A stretch of DNA of 64,000 bases from an uncultured delta proteobacterium (GCA_963765675.1 CAVXXK010000003.1:64001-128000); one strand, 5' to 3'; positions 28,622 to 39,300 are shown, numbered from the stretch's first letter. A program made the numbers and translations. The notes: generated by a model not told the origin, from the letters alone.

Positions 28622-29131
28622 GTGCTGCATCGACTCGGGAAAATCGGCGGATGGCTGCGGCGCGAGGCCGCGGAAGCGCGTCCCGTCTTTCTTTTCTTCC
28701 TGATCGGATTTCTGCTCCAGCTTTTGATTATCAAGCTGGTGCTGGCCGAGTTCTCGATTCCGCTGTTCGCAATTTCCAAGGCTCTCCTCGGCGCCGTCCT
28801 GGCAGCGAAGGCGGTCCTGATCCTCGATACTACCCACCTCGCGCGAAAGCTCGAGCGCTATCCCCGTGCGATCGCGGTCGCGATCAAGACGATCCTGTAC
28901 GGGGGCGGCACCCTGATACTCGGGTACCTCGAACGATTGATCGAGGCGATCTTTCGGACCGGCTCGCTCGACGGAGCGATCAGAAGCATCACGGAGCAGA
29001 CGAATCTGGACCGGTTCTTCGCCTGGATATTGGGGATCAGCCTGGTGTTCGCGATCTACTTCGTATGGTCGGAGATCAGCGAACGGATGGGCGAAGGCGC
29101 GCTCTGGGCGCTGTTTTTCGAATGGCCCTGA
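28622..29131 (+). CDS. Hypothetical membrane protein
   Basis: GAGGAG RBS, four hydrophobic helices. Confidence 0.7.
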   Translation: MLHRLGKIGGWLRREAAEARPVFLFFLIGFLLQLLIIKLVLAEFSIPLFAISKALLGAVLAAKAVLILDTTHLARKLERYPRAIAVAIKTILYGGGTLILGYLERLIEAIFRTGSLDGAIRSITEQTNLDRFFAWILGISLVFAIYFVWSEISERMGEGALWALFFEWP

Positions 29132-29152
29132 GACAGAAATCTATAATTCCGC

Positions 29153-29629
29153 TCAGCTCGCGCTCGAGGACTGCAGCTGGATGTAGTTTTCGATTCCGAT
29201 CTGGTTGATCAGGTCGGACTGGACCTCGAGGAAATCGATGCTCTTCTCTTCCTCGTGCATGATTTCGGTGAGCAAATCGCGCGTAACGTAATCCTTTACC
29301 AATTCAGAGTGCGCGACCGCGGCGCGAAAATCGCCGATCGCCTTGATCTCCAGCTTGAGATCGCACTCGAGCACTTCCTTCACGTTCTCGCCGATGAGCA
29401 ACCGATCCAGGTCCTGTAGATTTGGCAGCCCTTCGAGAAACAGGATGCGCTCGATGATCCGGTCGGCATGCTTCATCTCGGTGATCGATTCGTCGCGCTC
29501 GTACTTACCCAGCCTGGTGACGCCCCAATGTTCGAGCTGCTTGGCGTGGAGAAAATATTGATTGATCGCGGTCAGCTCGTTGCGCAGGACCGTATTGAGA
29601 AACTGCAATACTTGAGGATCACCCTTCAC
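29153..29629 (-). CDS. bfr: Bacterioferritin (His130 replaced by Ser)
   Basis: MKGD...NELTAINQYFLH...EMKHAD..IERILFLEGLPNLQ; heme ligand Met52 present. Confidence 0.96.
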   Translation of the reverse strand: MKGDPQVLQFLNTVLRNELTAINQYFLHAKQLEHWGVTRLGKYERDESITEMKHADRIIERILFLEGLPNLQDLDRLLIGENVKEVLECDLKLEIKAIGDFRAAVAHSELVKDYVTRDLLTEIMHEEEKSIDFLEVQSDLINQIGIENYIQLQSSSAS

Positions 29630-29702
29630 GGAATCTTCTCCCAGAAGACGCGGCGATGAATGCGTTTATTGTAGGGACAAACGAATGCGAGCGAAACCGG
29701 GA

Positions 29703-29921
29703 TTAACGAGCTGCGGCGGAGCTTTGCGGTGCGGAACTTTCCTGCGCGGCTTCAATCGAGCTGGACTGTGCGTCAAGAATCTCGCGAACAACCGGCACGC
29801 ATTTTCCGCACTTGAGCGTCACGCCCAAAGCGCGATAGAACGCTGCCACCGAGCATCCAGAGGCGGGACACTGGGAACGTGCCTGGCGGTCAGTGATTGC
29901 ATTGCAGATGCATAGGTACAT
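29703..29921 (-). CDS. bfd: Bacterioferritin-associated [2Fe-2S] ferredoxin
   Basis: MYLCICNAITD...CGKC, immediately upstream of bfr. Confidence 0.92.
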   Translation of the reverse strand: MYLCICNAITDRQARSQCPASGCSVAAFYRALGVTLKCGKCVPVVREILDAQSSSIEAAQESSAPQSSAAAR

Positions 29922-29967
29922 CGGTGATAGGTCCTCGTGGTTTCGCTTGGGCAGGTCTTCTTGATTG

Positions 29968-29982
29968 TGAGAATGATTATCA
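29968..29982. promoter_or_regulatory. Fur box upstream of bfd
   Basis: TGAGAAT-G-ATTATCA, 14/15 match to the 7-1-7 TGATAATnATTATCA consensus. Confidence 0.8.
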
Positions 29983-30176
29983 ATTTCTAACACAAATGCA
30001 ACCGCTCGTCTATATTCGCCCTAATTCCACCCGGATTTTCCCGATTTTTTCGTGTGCTCGAGCGCCACTTGCGCGACGTGCTGTGTTCGCGGATTCATAC
30101 TCCGCTAGAACGATAGTATCCTGATCGCTTCCGGCCGCGCCGCCTTCAAAGCGGCGGGACGCAAGGGAGACCATCC

Positions 30177-31283
30177 ATGAGCGTCGAGTTTATAGGCATG
30201 ATCGGCACGCAACCGGGCTCCGAGATTCATCCTCCCAGCGGACCCGCGATCGATATCGACTATGTGCGGCGCTTCGCGCAGGCCCACGAGCAATCGGGCT
30301 TCGATCGAATACTCATCGGCTACTTCTCGAACGCAGCGGACGGATTCGTGGTTGCGTCCTACGCGGCATTCGTCACGGAAAAGCTAGCCTTGATGCTGGC
30401 GCATCGGCCGGGCTTCGTCGCGCCGACTCTGGCCGCGCGCAAGCTCGCGACCCTCGATCAATTCAGTGGCGGAAGGCTCGCGGTGCACATCATTTCCGGC
30501 GGCGACGACGCGGACCAGCGCAAGGACGGAGATTTCCTGGCGCACGACGAACGCTATGCGCGCACCGACGAATACGTCGAGATTCTTCGCCGCATCTGGA
30601 CTGCGAACAAGCCAATCGATCACGAGGGCAAGTACTACAACTTCAAGCACTCGTTCTCCGCGGTGAAGCCGGTGCAGCAGCCGCATATTCCAATCTACTT
30701 CGGCGGCTCGTCGGACGCGGCGATCGAAATCGCCGGCAAGCACGCCGATGTTTACGCGCTCTGGGGCGAGCCTCTCGCTGAAGCCGCACGGACAATTGCG
30801 CGCGTGCGAGCGTCGGCGGCGCGCTTTGGACGCAGCGTGAGGTTCAGCCTCTCGACCCGGCCGATCTTAGCTTCAACCGAAGAGGCGGCATGGGCGCGGG
30901 CCAGAAAAGTCATCGAAACGATCCGCGAGATCCGCGGACAAGCGAAGCTCGGAAGTGCGAAGAAGGAACCGCAGGCGATCGGATCGCAGCGGCTCCTGGC
31001 GGCCGCAGCGCAGGGCGAGGTGCTCGACACGCGCCTGTGGACGGCGGTGGCCGCGGCGACCGGCGCTCGCGGCAATACGACCGCGCTGGTTGGAACTCCT
31101 GAACAGGTCGGCGAGGCGATGCTCAAGTATTACGACCTTGGCGTGACGACGTTTCTGATTCGCGGCTTCGACCCGCTCGAGGACGCGATCGACTATGGCC
31201 GCGAGCTGATTCCTTTCGTGCGTCATGCGACCGCGCGCCGCGAAGAGTCCCTCGGCAAAGCCGCTAGCCGAGCGGCAGGATAG
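30177..31283 (+). CDS. LLM flavin-dependent monooxygenase (SsuD-like)
   Basis: LAHRPGFVAPTLAARKLATLDQFSGGR, PIYFGGSS, ALVGTPEQV. Confidence 0.92.
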   Translation: MSVEFIGMIGTQPGSEIHPPSGPAIDIDYVRRFAQAHEQSGFDRILIGYFSNAADGFVVASYAAFVTEKLALMLAHRPGFVAPTLAARKLATLDQFSGGRLAVHIISGGDDADQRKDGDFLAHDERYARTDEYVEILRRIWTANKPIDHEGKYYNFKHSFSAVKPVQQPHIPIYFGGSSDAAIEIAGKHADVYALWGEPLAEAARTIARVRASAARFGRSVRFSLSTRPILASTEEAAWARARKVIETIREIRGQAKLGSAKKEPQAIGSQRLLAAAAQGEVLDTRLWTAVAAATGARGNTTALVGTPEQVGEAMLKYYDLGVTTFLIRGFDPLEDAIDYGRELIPFVRHATARREESLGKAASRAAG

Positions 31284-31292
31284 GAACGCAAA

Positions 31293-31877
31293 ATGTCTTC
31301 CAAACTGTTGGCGATAGTGGGGAGCGTTACTCCTCCGGGGCGTTTACTCAAAGCGACGCGATGGATGCTCGACGCCGCGCACGCGGAGCACCCGGAAATC
31401 GAGGTCGAGTTGATCAACCTGGCCGACCAGAGGATAGCCTTTGCCGACGGACGACCGCCCGAACAATACAAAGACGACACGGCACGCGTCGTCGAGAGTG
31501 TGCGGTCGGCCACTGGCGTGGTCATTGCCAGCCCGGTTTACCGCGGATCGTTCACCGGTGCGCTCAAGAATCTCCTTGACCATCTGCCGATCGAAACGCT
31601 CGGCGGAAAGCCGGTTGGAATCATCGCGATGGGCGCGACACAGCATCATTTTCTCGGCGTTGATTGGCATCTGCGCGACGTCCTTGCCTGGTTCGGCGCG
31701 ATCGCGGTTCCGACCAGCGTCTACCTGGTCTCGGCGGATTTTGTCGAAGGCGAATTGTCCGAAAGTGCGAAACGGGATTTGAAAGATCTCGCCGACGCGG
31801 TGATTAAGTTGCAGGAGATCGCGCCTTCCGGCGGCAAATTCCTGGGACCACGGCCGCTCGCAGGCCGCCGAGGCTGA
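31293..31877 (+). CDS. NAD(P)H-dependent FMN reductase (SsuE/MsuE-like)
   Basis: IVGS, ASPVYRGSFTGALKNLLD. Confidence 0.92.
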   Translation: MSSKLLAIVGSVTPPGRLLKATRWMLDAAHAEHPEIEVELINLADQRIAFADGRPPEQYKDDTARVVESVRSATGVVIASPVYRGSFTGALKNLLDHLPIETLGGKPVGIIAMGATQHHFLGVDWHLRDVLAWFGAIAVPTSVYLVSADFVEGELSESAKRDLKDLADAVIKLQEIAPSGGKFLGPRPLAGRRG

Positions 31878-32163
31878 CATCCGGATATGCGCCGATTGAG
31901 TATTCGTCCTACGCTTTCCGGGTGCGAGTTGTTATCTACAGAACACCTTACGCAGCGATTCTCACTTTATCGACGGAACTAAATTTACTGGAAAATCGGG
32001 ACGGCTTCGCATAGGATTGCCCGCGGAAACCGGGTGCGACGCGCAAATTGCGCGGGCAGCCGATGGTGCAAAATACGCGGTCCGATTTGTGATAGGCGGG
32101 ATCGTCCAGCGCTGAACCGAGCAGACGCCCCTGACACAGCAATTTAAAATCTCAGCCGTCTTC

Positions 32164-34350
32164 GTGACCACCGCCATAGTGGTGCTTTTCGGCGTCGTCG
32201 CGACCTATTTCCTCGGCTCGATTGCGATCACGGCCAATCACGAGGCCATCAGAGATCACGCGCGGATCGAGCGTCTCTCGGACACGCTGTCCGTTTTGAA
32301 GGACGCCGAGACGGGCCAGCGAGGCTTTTTGCTGACTGGAGACGAACAATATCTCGCGCCTTACCAACGCGCGCTTGCGGAAATAAAAACCAATCTGCAA
32401 CATCTTCAACGCATCTCAGAGAAGAGCAACGATCAGGCAATCACTGGCGATGACGTTGCGAGCCTGACTCGCCTGGTCGATGGAAAGTTGGACGAATTGC
32501 GCGAGACTATCGCGCTCAGACGGGCGCGGGGACTCGATGCGGCGTTGGCGGTCGTGAACACCGATCGTGGCAAACATCTGATGGATTCGATCCGGGGCAA
32601 GATCGGGGCGATGACCTCGCGCGAAGATTCGGCGCTTGCCGCCTCTGCCGCTCGCGCCGAATCATTAGAGTATTACCGCGACATCATATTTGCGGTCCTT
32701 GCCGTTCTGATCCTGGCGATTCTTGGATGGGCGTATCGGCAGATCCGTGCGGAAATGGAGCGGCGGGAAACATCGCTCCGCGAGACCCAGCGTCAAAAGG
32801 ATTTGTTCGAAGTTACCCTCGCCAGTATCGGAGACGCAGTAATCGTCACCGATACCCAAGCGCAAGTCACCTTCCTGAACCAGACCGCCGAAGAGCTAAC
32901 CGGATGGAGCCGATCCGAAGCTCTGGAACAACCGTGCGAGAAAATCTTCAAGATCATCCGGGAGGACACGCGCGCGACGGTCGAGAGTCCCGTCGAAAAA
33001 GTGTTCCGCCTGGGATCGATCGTCGGACTGGCAAATCATACGCTGCTGATTCGCAAGGACGGCACTGAATTGCCGATCGACGACAGCGGATCACCGATCA
33101 GAGATTTTGACGGTTCGCTCCGAGGCGTGGTTTTGATCTTCCGTGACTTCTCGGTCCATCGCGCCGCGGAAGCCAAATTGCGCGAAACCAACGCCGCGCT
33201 GCAGGCGGCGAGCCGCGCGAAAGATCAGTTCATGGCCGCACTATCCCATGAACTGAGAACTCCGCTGACTCCGGTGCTCGCAACGCTTATGACCTGGGAA
33301 GTGAGCGACGAGTTGCCGTCTTCACTTCGTTCAGGCGTCGAAATGCTGCGCCGGAATGTGCAACTGGAGGCGCGGATCATCGACGATCTCCTCGATCTGA
33401 CGCGCATCACCAAGGGCAAGCTCTCGCTCAATCCGGAAATTGTTGACGCGCACGATCTGGTTGAGAACGTTATCGCTATGTACCGCAGCGATATCAACGC
33501 CAAGCACCTGATCTTGTCTCAAGACCTGGTTGCGAAGCGTTATCATGTGAATGCTGACTCCGCCCGCCTGCAACAGGTGTTCGCAAATATCCTCAACAAC
33601 GCGATCAAATTCGTCGAGCCGAACGGACGTATCCGTATAGTCACTTCCAACGATTCCGAAGGAAACCTGCAAATCTCCTTCGCCGATGATGGCATCGGAA
33701 TCGCCCAGGACGCTCTGGACCGTATATTCACTCCGTTTGAACAGGAAACCGAGCAGATAACTCGCCGGTACGGTGGCTTGGGCCTCGGCCTGGCGGTTTC
33801 CAAATCGCTGGTCGATGCCCACGGTGGAAATCTCACCGCCGCCAGCGCAGGGCCGCACCAGGGATCGAACTTCACCGTCATCTTGCCATCACTCGACTCC
33901 GATGCCGAAGCGAGATCGCGGGGCTCCAACGCCTATTCGGCAAATCATGACGGCGTCGGTAAAGGATTCAGTATCCTGTTTGTCGAAGACCATCAGGACA
34001 CGGCGGAAGTGATGAGCGGGATTCTGCGCTCGCAGGGATATCTCGTTCAAACCTGCGCGACTGTGAGCGAGGCGACCCGGCTCGCGCGCGAGAACAATTT
34101 TGATCTCATTTTGAGCGATGTGGGACTGCCCGATGGTACGGGAATCGATCTGATCCGCGCGATCAGGCTACACAGCACGGTTCCCGCTATCGCGCTGACC
34201 GGCTTCGGAATGGATCAGGACATCGCCAGCTTCAGGGATGCCGGTTTCAACGTGCACCTGACCAAGCCGGTCAATCTGCAGCGCCTCCTGATCGCGATCA
34301 ATGATTTGACTGTCTCCCAAAGATCCACCGAGGCGCGCACCCGGAACTAG
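32164..34350 (+). CDS. Hybrid sensor kinase CHASE3-PAS-HisKA-HATPase-REC
   Basis: DAETGQRGFLLTG (CHASE3), LASIGDAVIVTD PAS, SHELRTPL, GGLGLGL, C-terminal receiver; start approximate. Confidence 0.93.
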   Translation: MTTAIVVLFGVVATYFLGSIAITANHEAIRDHARIERLSDTLSVLKDAETGQRGFLLTGDEQYLAPYQRALAEIKTNLQHLQRISEKSNDQAITGDDVASLTRLVDGKLDELRETIALRRARGLDAALAVVNTDRGKHLMDSIRGKIGAMTSREDSALAASAARAESLEYYRDIIFAVLAVLILAILGWAYRQIRAEMERRETSLRETQRQKDLFEVTLASIGDAVIVTDTQAQVTFLNQTAEELTGWSRSEALEQPCEKIFKIIREDTRATVESPVEKVFRLGSIVGLANHTLLIRKDGTELPIDDSGSPIRDFDGSLRGVVLIFRDFSVHRAAEAKLRETNAALQAASRAKDQFMAALSHELRTPLTPVLATLMTWEVSDELPSSLRSGVEMLRRNVQLEARIIDDLLDLTRITKGKLSLNPEIVDAHDLVENVIAMYRSDINAKHLILSQDLVAKRYHVNADSARLQQVFANILNNAIKFVEPNGRIRIVTSNDSEGNLQISFADDGIGIAQDALDRIFTPFEQETEQITRRYGGLGLGLAVSKSLVDAHGGNLTAASAGPHQGSNFTVILPSLDSDAEARSRGSNAYSANHDGVGKGFSILFVEDHQDTAEVMSGILRSQGYLVQTCATVSEATRLARENNFDLILSDVGLPDGTGIDLIRAIRLHSTVPAIALTGFGMDQDIASFRDAGFNVHLTKPVNLQRLLIAINDLTVSQRSTEARTRN

Positions 34351-35459
34351 AAACGTTCAGGTGTGCCGCGGCCGGTCTCGGACCCTTCGGACAGCGGAAG
34401 ATCCAGAACGAATGAAGCGCCTTTGGGCGTGCGGTTCTCCGCGCGAATCTCTCCCCCGGTTCGTGTCAGGACATCGCGCGCCATCGACAGTCCGAGCCCG
34501 CTGCCAAACGCTTTAGTGGTAAAGAACGGGTCGAAAATCTTCACAAGGATTTCCGCCGGAATACCGGTGCCTTCATCCGAAATGGTGAGCTCGACCGACG
34601 AGGGCGTGTTTCGTGCTTCGACCACGATGTTGCCGCCGTCGGCCATCGCATCGCGCGCGTTAATCAGCAGGTTCGCGATCACATGCTTGAGCTGATTCGG
34701 CGGGGCCGCGATCTTTGGCAGCGGATCCCGGATTCGGCTGTCAATTTTGATGACGCCGCCTCTTGCGGTCGGAGTCTTCTCGATCAGGAGCGTCACCATC
34801 TCGATCGAATCGCGAACCAGCCTCTGCAAATCCACAGGTTTGATTTTTTCTTGCTGATCGGCATTCACGAATTCACGCAGCGACCGCACACGGTCGGATG
34901 CGGCTGCGATTGAGCGTTTCAATGCATCGACTTCCGACTTCAACCCGTCGTCGACTTTTCCCTCGATCAGATGCAGCCGCAGAACGGCCGCATTGAGACT
35001 GTTGTTCAGGTCGTGCGCCAGTCCGGTGGCCATCTCGCCGATCGAGCGCAGGCGCTCGTTGCGGAACAGCTCGTCCCTCAATTGAACCATCCCCACCAGC
35101 GCGACGATCTGGTGCGTGGACTCCACGCCTATCCCCGCGACGTGCGGCGAGCCGTCGAGTTCCAGCAGAAACCTGAGCACTGTGAGAAATTTGCCGTTCT
35201 CGACCTGGTCGGTCGAAACCATCGTGTTCCCGGTGGCGAGAACCTGTTGGTCCTTGCGCCAGTAAACCAGGCCGACATCGGGAAAGAGCTCCGCGTCGCG
35301 AGATCCTATCCATCGATCGCGCTCGAGGTTGAGATCCGACACCAGAGTCTGATTCACAAATATGTATCGGCCGTCGGCATCTTTGATCCAAACCCGGGCG
35401 GGTAAATTCGCCAGAAGCTTCGAGAAGAGAATCTCCTCGTGACTGGTGGACGGTGTCAT
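34347..35459 (-). CDS. Cytoplasmic PAS histidine kinase
   Basis: WIKDADGRYIFVN PAS, AHDLNNSL, NARDAM, DEGTG, FDPFFTTK..GSGLGL. Confidence 0.9.
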   Translation of the reverse strand: MTPSTSHEEILFSKLLANLPARVWIKDADGRYIFVNQTLVSDLNLERDRWIGSRDAELFPDVGLVYWRKDQQVLATGNTMVSTDQVENGKFLTVLRFLLELDGSPHVAGIGVESTHQIVALVGMVQLRDELFRNERLRSIGEMATGLAHDLNNSLNAAVLRLHLIEGKVDDGLKSEVDALKRSIAAASDRVRSLREFVNADQQEKIKPVDLQRLVRDSIEMVTLLIEKTPTARGGVIKIDSRIRDPLPKIAAPPNQLKHVIANLLINARDAMADGGNIVVEARNTPSSVELTISDEGTGIPAEILVKIFDPFFTTKAFGSGLGLSMARDVLTRTGGEIRAENRTPKGASFVLDLPLSEGSETGRGTPERF

Positions 35460-35599
35460 GGAGTGAGGCACGGCCGGTCCAAGGCTACTAGGCACTGTGC
35501 CCAATGTACAGCACAGACAACGCTCGGCGCGGTCCGGCGCTCTCGAATCGGGCCAGAATTTCTGCGATATAACAGGTTCGGGCGAGGAGCGAATTACGC

Positions 35600-37021
35600 A
35601 TGAGCGTGAGGCACGTGATTGTAATCGGAGCCGGTATCGGCGGAATGTGCGCCGCCCGTGTGCTATCCGATCGTTTCGAACGGGTTACGATCGTCGAACG
35701 CGACGAGCTTGCCGACACGCCAATTCATCGCAAAGGCGTCCCACAAAGCCGCCATCCGCACGGCCTCCTCGACCGCGGCCGCCGCGAGCTCAATGCCCTA
35801 TTTCCAGGCCTCGACGATACCCTGCACGCGCGCGGCGGACTCGACCTCGACGCCGGACTGGACCTCGCCACCCTGCAGCCCGAGGGCTGGGCCCAGCGGC
35901 GGCGTACCGGCCATCAGATGCTGTTCGCGAGCCGGCTGCTGATCGAGGCGGTTATCCGCGACCGCGTGAAAGCTATCGACAACGTCCATTTCCTCGAAGG
36001 AACCGAGGTCACGCGCCTGACCGTCGCAGCCGGCGACTCGCGTCGCGTGAGCGGAGTCGATACGCGCAGGGTGAGCGACCGCTCTGCCAGCCACCTCGAG
36101 GCGGACCTGGTGGTCGATTGCAGCGGGCGCAGCTCGCGCGCGCCGGCCTGGCTCGAGCAGATGGGTTTTGCGCCCGCCGAGCGGGAAGTCGTCGATGCCG
36201 AAGCGGGCTACAGCACCTGCTGGTACCAGGCGCCGCCGGCCGGCGAGCGTCCGCCGAGCTGGTGGTGGAAGGGAATTTTTCTCAACCCGTCGGCGCATCC
36301 GACCGCGCCAGAGGATTACTATTTCGCGCTGACCCTTCCGATCGAGGGCGACCGCTTTCTGCTGACCCTGGCCTCCTGGGGCGGGCGCGAGCTTCCCGCT
36401 GATCACGATTCGTTCGCCGCGCTATGCGCGAAACTGCGCTCGCCGATCGTGGCTGAGGCGCTGGCGATCTCGAAACCAATCTCCGCGATCTTCCATCGCC
36501 GGGGCATGCAGAACATCTGGAACCATTACGAACGATGGAGCGGCCCCGCGGGATTCGTATGCGTCGCCGACGCGGCGTGCGCCTTCAATCCGGTCTACGC
36601 CCAGGGGATGACGAGCGCGTCGGTCTGCTCGCAGATTCTCGGAAAAGCCGTGAGTGAGATGGATCCGGCCGACCCTGAATTTCCGGGCAGGTTCTTCAAA
36701 CTGCAAGCTGAATTCGTAAGACAGCCGTGGGCGCTGTCGGTGGCGCGCGATCGCCAGGCGCTCGAGCGTGGACAAGGCGGCGCGAAATCCGAGGGCGAGA
36801 TCAGCACTGAAATGTGGGAGCGCATCATGCGCGAGGGCGGCGGCGTTCCGGTAATCGCCGAAGCGATCTTCGATGTAATAAATCTGAACCGTCCGCCGGA
36901 GTCGTTGGTCGGTGATTCGGAGTTCGTCGCCGCGGTGAGCGAGATCATGGCGCGGCCGCCCCGCCCTGCCACCCCCGACCAGGACATCGCGCCCTATCCG
37001 CCAGCAAACGTAGCCAATTAA
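35600..37021 (+). CDS. FAD-dependent monooxygenase (LasC/MonCI epoxidase-like family)
   Basis: GAGIGGMCAARVLSDRFERVTIVERD..RKGVPQSRHPH, DCSGRSS, DAACAFNPVYAQGMT. Confidence 0.85.
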   Translation: MSVRHVIVIGAGIGGMCAARVLSDRFERVTIVERDELADTPIHRKGVPQSRHPHGLLDRGRRELNALFPGLDDTLHARGGLDLDAGLDLATLQPEGWAQRRRTGHQMLFASRLLIEAVIRDRVKAIDNVHFLEGTEVTRLTVAAGDSRRVSGVDTRRVSDRSASHLEADLVVDCSGRSSRAPAWLEQMGFAPAEREVVDAEAGYSTCWYQAPPAGERPPSWWWKGIFLNPSAHPTAPEDYYFALTLPIEGDRFLLTLASWGGRELPADHDSFAALCAKLRSPIVAEALAISKPISAIFHRRGMQNIWNHYERWSGPAGFVCVADAACAFNPVYAQGMTSASVCSQILGKAVSEMDPADPEFPGRFFKLQAEFVRQPWALSVARDRQALERGQGGAKSEGEISTEMWERIMREGGGVPVIAEAIFDVINLNRPPESLVGDSEFVAAVSEIMARPPRPATPDQDIAPYPPANVAN

Positions 37022-37031
37022 GGAGCACTCA

Positions 37032-38210
37032 ATGAACCCGATTCGACCCAACCGCATGCGAGCGGGAATTTTTCTCGCGCCCTTTCATCCGACCGACGAG
37101 GATCCGACTCTCGCGCTCCGGCGCGACATCGATCTGATCGCGCATCTCGATCGAATCGGCTTCGACGAAGCCTGGATCGGCGAGCATCACTCGGCCGGCT
37201 ACGAAATTATCGCCTCGCCGGAACTGATGATCGCGGCCGCGGCCGAGCGGACCGAGCGCATCCGAATCGGCACCGGCGTGATCTCGCTGCCGTACCATCA
37301 CCCTCTGATGGTAGCGAACCGGATTATCCAGCTCGATCATATGACGCGGGGCCGCGCGATGTTCGGAGTTGGGCCCGGGCTGTTGCCGTCGGACGCGGAG
37401 ATGCTGGGCGTGCCGGTACCGAAGCAGCGCGATCGGATGTCCGAGTCGCTCGACGTGATCATGCGCCTGCTCGCGGGCGAAGTAATCACCGAAAAGTCTG
37501 AATGGTACACGCTCAAGGAAGCGCGCTGCCAACTGCTGCCCTACACGCGCCCACGGCCCGAATTCGCCGTCGCGAGCACGTTTACCCCTTCGGGCGGTAA
37601 GCTCGCGGGACGCTACGGAATCGGAATGCTGTGCGTGGCCGCATCGCAGGCGGGTGCGTATGACGTACTCGGAACGAACTGGCAGGTCGCCTGCGACATC
37701 GCGCGCGAGCACGGCCGCGAGATGGATCGAGGGCTCTTGCGCCTGGTCGTTCCGATGCATATTGCCGAGAGCCGCGAGCAGGCGATGCGCGATGTCAAGT
37801 TTGGACTGACCAAGTGGGTGGACTACTTCAGCCGGATCAATCCGACCGCGAGCGGTGACGACCTGGGCGCTGCCGATCCTGCCGAGGGCATGGTCGCGTC
37901 GGGACGCGCCGTGATTGGCACTCCCGACGACGCGGTCGCGATGGTTGAAAAGCTCGAGAAGCAGTCGGGCGGTTTCGGATGCCTGCTGATGCTCGCGCAC
38001 AACTGGGCGAACTTCGAAGCGACCAAGAATTCGTACGAACTGTTCGCGCGCCACGTTTTGCCGCGCTTCAACGGCTCCAACCTTGGACGCACCGCGTCGC
38101 TGCAGTGGTACACCGAAAATAACCACGAGCTGATCGGCAAGGCGATGCAGGCGGCCGCCGAGACCGTGCAGAAATTCATGGCGGAACAAGCGGCCAAGAA
38201 GAGTCACTGA
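37032..38210 (+). CDS. LLM monooxygenase, limonene 1,2-monooxygenase-like
   Basis: GIFLAPFHP, WIGEHHSAGYEIIASPE, LDHMTRGRAMFGVGPGLLPSDA. Confidence 0.88.
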   Translation: MNPIRPNRMRAGIFLAPFHPTDEDPTLALRRDIDLIAHLDRIGFDEAWIGEHHSAGYEIIASPELMIAAAAERTERIRIGTGVISLPYHHPLMVANRIIQLDHMTRGRAMFGVGPGLLPSDAEMLGVPVPKQRDRMSESLDVIMRLLAGEVITEKSEWYTLKEARCQLLPYTRPRPEFAVASTFTPSGGKLAGRYGIGMLCVAASQAGAYDVLGTNWQVACDIAREHGREMDRGLLRLVVPMHIAESREQAMRDVKFGLTKWVDYFSRINPTASGDDLGAADPAEGMVASGRAVIGTPDDAVAMVEKLEKQSGGFGCLLMLAHNWANFEATKNSYELFARHVLPRFNGSNLGRTASLQWYTENNHELIGKAMQAAAETVQKFMAEQAAKKSH

Positions 38211-38250
38211 TCGCGGCCTGGAAGTTTCGGGAAGTCTCGAGGAGTTCGCA

Positions 38251-39237
38251 ATGCCAACTGTAGCGTGGCCCAAGAGCCGCATCGTACCGATCGCGGCGCG
38301 CGGGAATCAGCCGTCGATCAATCTGGCCGTTCATGAAGAGGGCACCGGACCGGCGGTGGTTTTCTGCCACGGCTTTCCCGAACTGGCCTACTCGTGGCGG
38401 CATCAGCTTCCCGCAGTAGCGGCGGCGGGTTTTCGCGCGATCGCTCCCGACCAGCGCGGCTATGGAGAATCCAGCGCGCCAGCGGCAATCACCGACTATG
38501 GACTCACCGAGCTGACCGGCGATCTGGTCGGCCTGCTCGACGCGCTCAAGATCGAACGCGCGGTGTTCGTGGGACACGACTGGGGCGGCTTCGTGGCGTG
38601 GGCGATGCCGGTGCTGCATCCCGAGCGCACCGCGGGCGTTATCGGCGTCTGCACGCCGTACATGGCGATACCGCCAATTTCGGTGATGCGCACGATGGTC
38701 GGTGGAAAAGATGAACGCCACTACATCGTATGGTTCCAGGAGCCGGGCCGCGCCGAGAGCGTGATGGACAGCAGGGCGCGAATGATTTTCGATCGTCTGA
38801 TGAGAGCACCGGTCAGTCCCGAGGAGAGCGCGAAGCGCTTCATGGCGTCGGGGGAGTTCGACATGAACCCATTTCGGCGGATCGAAGAACTCGCGCCCGA
38901 TACCGCACTGATCGTCACGCCGGAGGAACTTGACGTGTATGCCGCGGCGTTCGAAAAGACCGGCTTTCGCGGCGGCATCAATTGGTACCGGAACATCGAT
39001 CGCAACTCGCGCGAGTTGCCCGCAATCGGAACTGCGAAGCTCTCGCTTCCTACGCTGATGATCACAGCGCAGTGGGACGCCGCGCTTCCTCCGCGTCTGG
39101 CCGAAGGGATGCCCAAGCTGTGTTCGGACCTGGAGACGGTCCAAATCGATCGCGCGGGCCATTGGGTGCAGCAGGAATTTCCGGACGAGGTGAATCGGGC
39201 AATCACCGGATGGCTTGGCCGTCACATGCGCAAATGA
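38251..39237 (+). CDS. Alpha/beta-fold epoxide hydrolase (EphA-like)
   Basis: HGFPELAYSWRHQ, GHDWGG, NWYRN, GHWVQQE. Confidence 0.92.
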   Translation: MPTVAWPKSRIVPIAARGNQPSINLAVHEEGTGPAVVFCHGFPELAYSWRHQLPAVAAAGFRAIAPDQRGYGESSAPAAITDYGLTELTGDLVGLLDALKIERAVFVGHDWGGFVAWAMPVLHPERTAGVIGVCTPYMAIPPISVMRTMVGGKDERHYIVWFQEPGRAESVMDSRARMIFDRLMRAPVSPEESAKRFMASGEFDMNPFRRIEELAPDTALIVTPEELDVYAAAFEKTGFRGGINWYRNIDRNSRELPAIGTAKLSLPTLMITAQWDAALPPRLAEGMPKLCSDLETVQIDRAGHWVQQEFPDEVNRAITGWLGRHMRK

Positions 39238-39300
39238 CCGCAAACGTGGCGCAATCGCCAGCTCTTGCGAGTTGCACGCAAATTTACGTAACTTGGAGCT

